Shown: positions 8,439-15,915 of the stretch, piece by piece
Layout of the letters: each line of letters begins with the position of its first letter
Position numbering within the stretch: position 1 is the stretch's first letter
Source: Candidatus Falkowbacteria bacterium
GTDB lineage: Bacteria; Patescibacteriota; Patescibacteriia; Patescibacteriales; UBA12465
NCBI GenBank assembly: GCA_016432645.1
Contig: CP066698.1
Span: 133,062-197,061 of the forward strand
Reading direction: 5' to 3'
DNA length: 64,000 bases
The notes under the pieces: model-generated
Told to the model about the DNA's origin: nothing
The model's input: the letters and a program-made list of their open reading frames with translations, nothing else
Databases searched by the model: none
Made by a program: the position numbers and the translations under genes

Positions 8439-8501
8439 GACGTTTTTCCTTTCTTTTATGTTAAGTTAATGATTTTTTAAAGGACAATTATTTTTCTCCT
8501 A

Positions 8502-8529
8502 ATATTAAACCTTTTGCCAGATTTGTCAA
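8502..8529 (-). promoter_or_regulatory. sigma70-like promoter TTGACA-16-TAATAT for the radical-SAM pair
   Basis: Reverse complement of 8502-8529. The leader carries TTGTCCTTTAAAAAATC and a GAAAGGA RBS. Confidence 0.5.
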
Positions 8530-8536
8530 ATCATAA

Positions 8537-8567
8537 TAAAAAAGAGCCTGCGGGCGCGGCTCTCTTT
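8537..8567 (-). terminator. intrinsic terminator after the HExxH gene
   Basis: AGAGCC..GGCTCT stem with a GC-rich loop and a T-run on the minus strand. Separates the HExxH gene from the radical-SAM promoter. Confidence 0.6.
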
Positions 8568-9296
8568 TTATAAGGTTTTGGGGGAATATTTAGGATTTAA
8601 ATCTTCCGCACCAATTTTTAGGTTTAAAAGTTCTGGCCAAAATAAATCAGCATTTTTTTCTTGTTGCCAAAAATGATCATAAATCTGAGCGCTAGATTTA
8701 ATTAAAGCGTCATTTGTTGCATAACATGAGAAGGGTATGCCGTCGGTTAAACTTTTTAGTTCTCGGCTGTTGATTAAAGAGGGAACGAGGATTTCACTGA
8801 TAATCCATAAATCATGGGTACTAGGCAAATTAATTTTTTCCGCCAATTCTTTCATCTTACGATAAAAATAGAAGTGGCTGATTTCATGGATGCTGATTTT
8901 TGCAAAATCAATTTTAGTAGCAAAATAAGGCAGTAGAAAACTTTCTTTTACTAAATCACGCGGGTAGATTGGTCCGATGCCAATAGCGGCGGAAAAAGTT
9001 TTAGGTTCGGTATTTTGCAGACAGAAAAATTTTTCAAAGAATCCGGTAACCTGAGGACTAATTTCCGGCCACCAAAGCGCAAATTGCTTGGCGGCTAAAT
9101 CAAATTCAGGGCGCAGGCGCTTTCTGATTTTTGTCAGAGCTTTTGATAATTGACGTCTGTCAGGAGAGTGGAGTTCTGCGAGTTCGGGATAATCTTGAAT
9201 AATTTTATGCCATAGCTCGCTGTCGTTATCCTTTACAATTTCTAGAGCAATTGCTCCTAAAAAATTACTATGCTTTAAAATTATTAAATTTATCAT
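8568..9296 (-). CDS. hypothetical protein with an HExxH motif (putative zinc metallopeptidase-like, 242 aa)
   Basis: HEISH within KISIHEISHFYFY. Co-oriented between the micro-ORF and the radical-SAM genes. Confidence 0.5.
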   Translation of the reverse strand: MINLIILKHSNFLGAIALEIVKDNDSELWHKIIQDYPELAELHSPDRRQLSKALTKIRKRLRPEFDLAAKQFALWWPEISPQVTGFFEKFFCLQNTEPKTFSAAIGIGPIYPRDLVKESFLLPYFATKIDFAKISIHEISHFYFYRKMKELAEKINLPSTHDLWIISEILVPSLINSRELKSLTDGIPFSCYATNDALIKSSAQIYDHFWQQEKNADLFWPELLNLKIGAEDLNPKYSPKTL

Positions 9297-9330
9297 GGCT
9301 GGCAGATTTTTGTTATACCAAAATAAGATT

Positions 9331-9362
9331 TAAAAATAGGGAACGATATGTTATCGTCCCCC
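9331..9362 (-). terminator. hairpin plus T-run after the micro-ORF (terminator or attenuator)
   Basis: Minus strand reads GGGGGACGATAACATATCGTTCCC then TATTTTTA. Lies 25 nt after the micro-ORF stop and 35 nt before the HExxH ATG. Confidence 0.5.
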
Positions 9363-9386
9363 AGGAAGAGAGCGGCGCTTAGGCGC

Positions 9387-9479
9387 TTAGCAGGTCTTTT
9401 CTTTTGGCAACTTAGTTGCCGAAGCGGTTGCGGCAGCTTCACAACAGTAGGTTGCTGCCTTTTCTTTTCTTTTCTTCAT
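9387..9479 (-). CDS. unannotated 30-aa micro-ORF MKKRKEKAATYCCEAAATASATKLPKEKTC (candidate RiPP precursor)
   Basis: Translated by hand from the minus strand: ATG at 9479, TAA at 9389-9387. Has an upstream TTGATT-17-TAATTT promoter and a downstream hairpin plus T-run. Contains 3 Cys and is Ala/Thr-rich. No homology evidence. Confidence 0.35.
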   Translation of the reverse strand: MKKRKEKAATYCCEAAATASATKLPKEKTC

Positions 9480-9552
9480 TTTTCTTCTTTTTTAATTATT
9501 TACAATAAGGCCATTTTTTATGTTAATGTTCGAATTAAATTAACGTACTTCA

Positions 9553-9581
9553 AAATTACCACAAGTCCTTAAAATAATCAA
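9553..9581 (-). promoter_or_regulatory. candidate promoter TTGATT-17-TAATTT for the micro-ORF
   Basis: Reverse complement read directly. Followed by the leader motif TTCGAACATTAAC (9522-9534). Confidence 0.35.
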
Positions 9582-9593
9582 TAGGGATTGATA

Positions 9594-9622
9594 TTGACAA
9601 AATCATTCATAAAGTGTATAAA
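9594..9622 (+). promoter_or_regulatory. sigma70-like promoter TTGACA-17-TATAAA upstream of tyrS (a second candidate, TTGACG-17-TAATAT, is at 9691-9719)
   Basis: Read directly. Confidence 0.45.
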
Positions 9623-9769
9623 GAAGGATACTTTATTTTAAGTAAATAAAAGCTCCTTTACAATTAAATCTAAGCCTAAACACAGATTTATTGACGGTTT
9701 CAGGCCTTGATGGTAATATTTATCACAGAAATATTAGAAAAATTTTTAAAAACCAAAAAAATACTAAAG

Positions 9770-10960
9770 ATGAAAAACGAATTATTAAAAATTTTAGACC
9801 GAGGGATTGTTGTGCAAATCCTGCCCTCCAAAGACGAGTTTGTGGAAGCAATGTTGAGCCGAAAGATGCGCTTCTATATTGGCGCCGATCCAACCTCAAC
9901 CGCTCTCCATTTAAGCCACGCCAAGAACTATATGTTGTTGGAAGAGTTTCGTAAATTGGGACATGAAGTTATTGTCTTGATTGGTGATTTTACAGCCCGT
10001 ATTGGAGATCCTACCGAAAGAGCAACTACCAGAAAACAATTGACCAGAGAAGAAATTTTGGTCAACGTTACCAGCTGGGTAGAACAAATTAAGCCATTAA
10101 TGGATTTTAACGCCACAGTTAACCCGCCGAAAATCATGTTCAATCATGATTGGCTGTCCAAGTTAACCATGGAAGAAGTAGTCAAATTGGCTTCTAACGT
10201 GACTGTCCAACAAATGTTGGAACGCGACATGTTTGAAAAAAGGATGAACGAAAATCGTCCCATCTTCTTACATGAATTTTTATATCCTTTAATGCAAGGC
10301 TATGATAGCGTTGCTATGGATGTGGATGTTGAAATGTGTGGAACTGATCAGATTTTTAATGCGCTGATGGGTCGGACTTTACTCAAGAAATTGAGCAATA
10401 AAGACAAATTTGTCGTCGCCGTTAATCTGATGGAAAATCCTAAAACCAAGGAACTGATGTCTAAAAGTAGAGGAACTGGAATTTTTCTTAATTTCTCCGC
10501 CGAGGATATGTTTGCCGGTATTATGGCTCAGCCTGATGAAATGATTAAAGTTTTTTTGGTTAACAACACCAGAATCTCGCTCGCCGAAATTGACGAAATC
10601 CTGCAAGCCAAAAATCCGCGTGATGCTAAAATGAGAGCCGCCTTTGAGGTGACTAAAATTTTTCATGGGGAAGAAAAAGCAAAATTAGCCCAAGAAGTTT
10701 TTATTACTAAATTTCAGAAAAAGGAAGTTCCTGAAGATTTGGAAATTATTAAGTTCGGAGTTACCGGGATTTCTCTTTTTGACATCGTCAAAAAATCTCT
10801 GCCGGAGATGAGCAATAGTGAAATTAGGAGATTATTTGCTCAGGGTGGCATTAAAGTCAATTCTGAAACAAAAACAACACCTGAAGAAACTGCTTTTTTC
10901 CCCGAAGAAGGCTTAACTGTAAAAGTCGGAAAGAAGAAATGGTTTAAAGCAATGATTTAA
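9770..10960 (+). CDS. tyrS: tyrosyl-tRNA synthetase
   Basis: Class I signatures HLSH (HIGH-like) and LMSKS (KMSKS), plus a C-terminal S4-like RRLFAQGGIKVN. Start set at MKNELLKIL. Confidence 0.9.
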   Translation: MKNELLKILDRGIVVQILPSKDEFVEAMLSRKMRFYIGADPTSTALHLSHAKNYMLLEEFRKLGHEVIVLIGDFTARIGDPTERATTRKQLTREEILVNVTSWVEQIKPLMDFNATVNPPKIMFNHDWLSKLTMEEVVKLASNVTVQQMLERDMFEKRMNENRPIFLHEFLYPLMQGYDSVAMDVDVEMCGTDQIFNALMGRTLLKKLSNKDKFVVAVNLMENPKTKELMSKSRGTGIFLNFSAEDMFAGIMAQPDEMIKVFLVNNTRISLAEIDEILQAKNPRDAKMRAAFEVTKIFHGEEKAKLAQEVFITKFQKKEVPEDLEIIKFGVTGISLFDIVKKSLPEMSNSEIRRLFAQGGIKVNSETKTTPEETAFFPEEGLTVKVGKKKWFKAMI

Positions 10961-10981
10961 ACAACTTTCAAAAAAGAGGTC

Positions 10982-11018
10982 AAAAGCCCGTTCTAATTTA
11001 GTTTAGAGCGGGCTTTTT
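10982..11018. terminator. bidirectional terminator between tyrS and the GNAT gene
   Basis: AAAAGCCCGTTCTAA..TTAGAGCGGGCTTTTT. Confidence 0.7.
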
Positions 11019-11039
11019 AAAAAATAAGACTCAAACAAT

Positions 11040-11495
11040 CTATAAATCTTTACCAATAATTAAAATACCTTTTTCTCGCTTGATGATTTGATAGCCGATT
11101 TTTTTATAAAATTCTTTGGCTGGGTTGTTGTTAAAGACGCTGGCTATCATTCTTTTAGTACCGGCTTTTTTTTCGGCAGCTTCTATTTTTTCCATTAGGA
11201 TTTTCCCCAACCCCTTGCCATGCAAAGGCCGTGATAACTGAATATTATGCAGATAAGATTCCTGGCCCCGGTTTTCCACGTCAAAGAAGCCCGCCCGGCG
11301 ATTATTCTTAATTATCATTTTCAGGCGCTTCAGATTAAGATTTGCCTTGAACCTTGAGCCGTCCCAACCGCCCCAAATTTCTTTAGTATATTCTTCCATG
11401 TTGCGCCGGCTTAAGTCGCAGACAAAGCGTAAATCAGCCTGAGTGCCGCGTCTTATTTTTATGTCGGTGTTTAATTTTGTTTTTATATTAGACAT
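11040..11495 (-). CDS. GNAT-family N-acetyltransferase
   Basis: 151 aa with the acetyl-CoA motif LHGKGLGKILMEKIE (Q/RxxGxG/A). Confidence 0.8.
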   Translation of the reverse strand: MSNIKTKLNTDIKIRRGTQADLRFVCDLSRRNMEEYTKEIWGGWDGSRFKANLNLKRLKMIIKNNRRAGFFDVENRGQESYLHNIQLSRPLHGKGLGKILMEKIEAAEKKAGTKRMIASVFNNNPAKEFYKKIGYQIIKREKGILIIGKDL

Positions 11496-11557
11496 GTTAT
11501 TATTTTAACATAAATTACTATATGCTTAAAGTTGCCGTCGGGTCTTCAGATTATATA

Positions 11558-11636
11558 TATTGACGAAAACAATGCCTCTATGGTATTATTTTTTATTACT
11601 TTAAAAACTGAATATTAACCATAAAAACACCACAAA
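11558..11636 (+). repeat. intergenic element B, copy 1 (TTGACG, hairpin, TTACTTTAAAAA, AACCATAAAA)
   Basis: Aligns with 15916-16000 over about 80 nt, with one 9-nt indel. Confidence 0.8.
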
Positions 11637-13292
11637 ATGAAAAACCAAAAACCTGTCAGTAATGATTTTTTAAGTGCCTGTTTGGCAAAAAATTATTCAA
11701 GCGCCGAAATTAAAGTAGCTTTTAAAAGCCTTGAAGCTCGGGATGATGAAAAGTTTCTTCGTTATTTTTTGGATTGTCAAAAATCTAAGAGCTCTAAAGT
11801 GCGCGAATTAGCTTGGGAGCTGGCGATTGATGAAATCAAAAAAGATGTGCTCTGGCAAAATTTTGCTTTTCTGATTGAATGTGAGCATTCGGAAAATGTT
11901 CGCATTGCGAAGTTGGCCGACACTCTTCTTTATCAAGCGATGCAGCATAAGGATCGCAAATATCGTCTGGATAAAATTGATTATTTAATCGCTTGCTATC
12001 GGTCGTCAGATGAGCAAAAACGAGAGCGAGTTGATTATTTGGTTAATGATATCGATTATGCCTTGTATTATCCTCATCTCGATTCTTTAGTAGCTTGGTC
12101 TAATGACGAAAATGTTAACGTCCGTGCCTTCGCTCGTGAAAAAGCTATCGGAGCCTTGGGACAACATTTTGTAAAAAATGAAGAATTGGGATTGCGCTTT
12201 GAGTTCATTATGAGCTGTGCTCTTTCAGACGACGATAAATTTGGCCGCGCCAAAGAGCTAAGCTTTAGCGCCATGTATTTTTGGCCGGTGGAAAAAGTTA
12301 AGCCTCATTTTGCTTATTTGTTGGCTTGCCGAGATCGTATTCATGGTTGGCCTATGGCTGACTCGATGAGACCGGCGATGCGTGTCATCGCCATTTTATC
12401 TGCCGATGAACAAAAAGCTTATTTGCCCTATTTGTTAGAGTGTTGGCATTTTAATAGCGATGTGGAGATGACTCTGAAACTTATCATTAAGATTATTGCT
12501 CCTTTGCCAACCGCCCAATTAGCGGAATACATTGACGTGCTGATTGCTTGCCAAAATTTTTCCAAATTACAGTCGCAGGCCAAACGCTTAGCTTTGTCTA
12601 TTAAAGTTGAAGAATTAGCAGTTTGGGAGCAGAAACTGGATGCAATTATTGAAGAACTTTCCAATTTATCCGGCTACCATTTTTCTTTTTTGACCCTGCA
12701 GTTAAAAATGAAATTACTGGCCTCGCTGAACTCTAAGGATTTATCAAATCAAATCCGCTACATTTTTGCTTGCCATAACCATGCAGATTCGTACATTCAA
12801 GCGCAAGCTAAAAAGTTGGCTCGTTCCATTAAAGCACGAGATTTAAAGGGGCAGGCAGCAAAAATAGCCCAGAGAGCTTTTTCTTCTCAAGTTAATGAAT
12901 TTAATCTGCGGCATATGAGCCTAGCTCTATGCTTCAAAATTAAGACCGATGAATTGTTGCTTGATTTGCGAAAGCTGGTTGATGATCATTGCGATCCGGA
13001 TAAATACAATTTCTTGAAAGAGCTGGCTTTCCGCATTAAGCCGAATAAATTTAATCCGGGAAAAATGTTTGAACTTAACGGTTATTTCGGACTCAATTAT
13101 TTGCTGGCTTTAAGAGCAATTATGTATTGGGATGCCAAAAAGTTGAAACGTTACTCAGACAAGATTTTTACTTGTCGTTTTAACAACAATCCTGACATCA
13201 AGGTTTTGGCCAATCGCTTGTACGACCGAATTCAAAGAGCTAAATTTAACCCTGAGCGGATAGCAGCTGTCAAAAATTTGGCGGTTGCCTAA
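11637..13292 (+). CDS. HEAT/PBS-lyase-like repeat protein with a conserved Cys in each repeat (551 aa)
   Basis: At least 10 degenerate repeats with about 35-45 aa period, e.g. YFLDCQKSKSSKVRELAWELA, FLIECEHSENVRIAKLA, YLIACYRSSDEQ, YLLACRDR, YLLECWHFNS, VLIACQNFSKLQSQAKRLA and YIFACHNHADSYIQAQAKKLA. Confidence 0.6.
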   Translation: MKNQKPVSNDFLSACLAKNYSSAEIKVAFKSLEARDDEKFLRYFLDCQKSKSSKVRELAWELAIDEIKKDVLWQNFAFLIECEHSENVRIAKLADTLLYQAMQHKDRKYRLDKIDYLIACYRSSDEQKRERVDYLVNDIDYALYYPHLDSLVAWSNDENVNVRAFAREKAIGALGQHFVKNEELGLRFEFIMSCALSDDDKFGRAKELSFSAMYFWPVEKVKPHFAYLLACRDRIHGWPMADSMRPAMRVIAILSADEQKAYLPYLLECWHFNSDVEMTLKLIIKIIAPLPTAQLAEYIDVLIACQNFSKLQSQAKRLALSIKVEELAVWEQKLDAIIEELSNLSGYHFSFLTLQLKMKLLASLNSKDLSNQIRYIFACHNHADSYIQAQAKKLARSIKARDLKGQAAKIAQRAFSSQVNEFNLRHMSLALCFKIKTDELLLDLRKLVDDHCDPDKYNFLKELAFRIKPNKFNPGKMFELNGYFGLNYLLALRAIMYWDAKKLKRYSDKIFTCRFNNNPDIKVLANRLYDRIQRAKFNPERIAAVKNLAVA

Positions 13293-13321
13293 ACTATTTT
13301 GGTTAAAATCACCTTTTCAAT

Positions 13322-13358
13322 AACCCCGAGACTAGTTAGTTTCGGGGTTTCTTTTTTT
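13322..13358 (+). terminator. intrinsic terminator (AACCCCGAGACT/AGTTTCGGGGTT plus T-run)
   Basis: Same CCCCGA..TCGGGG stem family. Confidence 0.7.
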
Positions 13359-13404
13359 CTAGGATTATAATAAAATAAATAGCAATAGGGTATAAATAAA
13401 ACAT

Positions 13405-15897
13405 ATGAGCATTGAAAAACACAATTTTGTTAACCAAGAGTCCATTAAGACTAAAGACCGGGAAAATCCCTCTGAGAAGTCTTTGGAGTTTAAGGCCCCT
13501 GAAACGGAGCAAATAAGTCCTGAGCAAGTGAAACAGATTAAACTGGAAGAGGCGTCTCAAATTGCTAAAATACAGGATGAAATTTCCAGTTTTAATAAGG
13601 TTCCGGAAACTCCTCGGTCAGCTATTATGCCAAGAAGACCTCAGGGTCTTTTAAATAGCTTGGCAAAGAATAAATTCATGAGCAAAGTCATGCTAGGTCT
13701 TGGTTTTGCGTCCACGATGGGGCAGAAACTTGAAGCTAGCGAACCTAAAATTGACGATAAACAAAAAATAACGGCCGATGCTGTTCAACAGCCAGGCGAA
13801 CGCATCCCTACTATGGGGGAGATAGATAGGGATAAATATTATAATTGGCAATGGAAAGTGGAGAATAACGAGCCGGTCAGTCCTGAAGATATGCCTGATT
13901 TTGAGCCTGGTTATGAAATACCAATGAGAGATTTTTCCGGGTATGGCTATACTCATAAAGATTTAATGTGGAATAAGTTGCCGACACTTGATTTTTCTGA
14001 GAGAGGCTTTGAAAATATGAGTGCCCGAGAAAAAGCGGCCTTGTTTGTCGAAAGCTACTTACCTTATAAACAGGGAAGAATACCAGAGATAAATCCCGAG
14101 TTGTTAAATTTAGACAAAAAATCAGCAACAGAAGTTGCTAAAGAAAGTTTAGCTAAAGGTATTTTGACTTCTCAAGAAGGCTTCATGCCGAAAGTCAAAG
14201 GACATGAAGTGTTATATGATGCCGCTGGGAAAGTTTTGCGCAAATATGCTAAAAATGATGAGAAGGTAATAAACGGCGAACTGCCGCATCAAGAAAGTAT
14301 TGACGCTAAAGCCTATAAGAATACTTTATATGATTTGAATTTATTGGATAAGCGAACGGAATTAGTGATTGATCCTAAAATTGCTATCCATTGGAAAACA
14401 TTTGGCCGCTTGCCTAAATATGCCGATATGAATAACTTGGGCGTTTTAAAGAATCAGGCCATTAACGGGCGAGAAGCAAAACAAGGTTTGAGTCTAGATG
14501 AAATAAGATGTTTGCCGCAATGGCTAAAGGATAAGGCGGGAATCACTGGGGAGCTTAAACAGGATATTCCATTGATGTGGGACGGCATGCCATTAGATCA
14601 ACGCACTGGTTCCGGTACCGGTCTTTTTAGTTCGGTGTGTGCCGGGCTTGGTCTTGATTACGAACATAGTTCTCGAGAAGAAATAGATAAAAAAGAGGCG
14701 GAAGTTATAAAGTTTATACAAGATGAAATAGCCAAAGGCGCTAAGTATATTACCTGCACTTATCCGATTAACCAACGCGGGGGCTATAACCAAAATAAAG
14801 ATTTAGATTTGGAATATAAAAAGTATCCAGAAAATCCCGATTATCGTCCGCAAATTAAGTCTCTGGTTGAGAAAATAAAATCGGGAAAATATCCGACTAT
14901 TTTTAAACTCGACGAAACGCCGCTAGAAAAAATGATGGACAGAGTTCCTTCGCTTTTTAGCGGTTTATATGAAGGCTCGGAAGTTATTCCTTTCAGCGAA
15001 AAGGGGAAAACCTTACAAGACTTCGCCAGTAAAGATAAATTGACAGCGGAAGATATGAAATTTATTAATACTGAAATGTTAAAAGCGGACGTTTTGGAAA
15101 GCGATTATAAAGTTAGAGACGAGCTCGTCGCTTATATGAAGGATCCGCGTTTTGTTACCAAGTTAATTGCCCGTCATCAAGGAGAGGAATATTTAGATTC
15201 CATTACTCCAAAATTTGGCAATGACCCGAAATGGGATGAATATAAAAAAGTCCTAGAAAATTATGCTTTCTTGCGTGATAGGCAAATTGAGCAATTATCG
15301 CGTAGCCCTATCGGCAAGGTAGTCGGTAATTATAGATTGGGAGTTCCTTTGGATGCGGCGATGTCTATTCCGATTGAGCCTTTGCATTTCGTTACGGATG
15401 TCGGTCGTTTGACCGAAACCAATTTGGCTAATTTGTCAGCCAGAACTTCCGGTTTGGTGCCGGAAGTGGCCGCTGGGCATGAAATGCAACATGTACTGCA
15501 ACACGCTTACCCCACTGACAACGCGCTCGGGGCTAACATGGAAGCCTATGAAAATACTTTAACCAAATTTTTAGAGGGGTATAAAAAGGAAGATTTCAAT
15601 GCCTATTATTCCAGCGAGGGCGGCGGCTCGGTCAAAGAATTCGACGCCGATTTGATACAGTTCAAATATAATTTAGCTAACGATTTAACAAGCGTAAAAA
15701 ATAGAGAATTTGTCAAAGCAATGATTGCGACGCCGACTCCCGCTGAGATTGATACTTATTTAAAGAAAGTCAGTACGGAGTGGCAGGAAAAAAGAGTGGC
15801 TATGGATCCGGCGGTGGAGCGGATTATGCAAATTTGGGAAAACTCTACTCCGGCGCAAAAGAAGCAATTACTAAAAATCATGGACGTTTATGTTTAA
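13405..15897 (+). CDS. large membrane-anchored hypothetical protein with a C-terminal HExxH motif (830 aa)
   Basis: Single hydrophobic segment VMLGLGFASTMG around residue 95. HEMQH occurs in VAAGHEMQHVLQH around residue 690. Confidence 0.6.
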   Translation: MSIEKHNFVNQESIKTKDRENPSEKSLEFKAPETEQISPEQVKQIKLEEASQIAKIQDEISSFNKVPETPRSAIMPRRPQGLLNSLAKNKFMSKVMLGLGFASTMGQKLEASEPKIDDKQKITADAVQQPGERIPTMGEIDRDKYYNWQWKVENNEPVSPEDMPDFEPGYEIPMRDFSGYGYTHKDLMWNKLPTLDFSERGFENMSAREKAALFVESYLPYKQGRIPEINPELLNLDKKSATEVAKESLAKGILTSQEGFMPKVKGHEVLYDAAGKVLRKYAKNDEKVINGELPHQESIDAKAYKNTLYDLNLLDKRTELVIDPKIAIHWKTFGRLPKYADMNNLGVLKNQAINGREAKQGLSLDEIRCLPQWLKDKAGITGELKQDIPLMWDGMPLDQRTGSGTGLFSSVCAGLGLDYEHSSREEIDKKEAEVIKFIQDEIAKGAKYITCTYPINQRGGYNQNKDLDLEYKKYPENPDYRPQIKSLVEKIKSGKYPTIFKLDETPLEKMMDRVPSLFSGLYEGSEVIPFSEKGKTLQDFASKDKLTAEDMKFINTEMLKADVLESDYKVRDELVAYMKDPRFVTKLIARHQGEEYLDSITPKFGNDPKWDEYKKVLENYAFLRDRQIEQLSRSPIGKVVGNYRLGVPLDAAMSIPIEPLHFVTDVGRLTETNLANLSARTSGLVPEVAAGHEMQHVLQHAYPTDNALGANMEAYENTLTKFLEGYKKEDFNAYYSSEGGGSVKEFDADLIQFKYNLANDLTSVKNREFVKAMIATPTPAEIDTYLKKVSTEWQEKRVAMDPAVERIMQIWENSTPAQKKQLLKIMDVYV

Positions 15898-15915
15898 ATA
15901 ATGACTGAATTACTG

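Noticed and set aside
9348-9572. 74-aa plus-strand ORF in the track (MLSSPRKRAALRRLAG...).
   Set aside because: It has no promoter or RBS logic and runs antisense through the hairpin and the promoter-like elements. Its low-complexity Phe/Ser/Leu-rich sequence looks like the shadow of a purine-rich minus strand. The minus-strand 30-aa ORF with promoter and terminator explains the region better.
9623-9769. Possible T-box riboswitch in the ~140-nt region upstream of tyrS.
   Set aside because: I see no T-box consensus (AANNNGGGTGGTACCGCG-like), no specifier-loop architecture and no terminator/antiterminator pair. A second sigma70-like promoter (9691-9719) explains the spacing instead.
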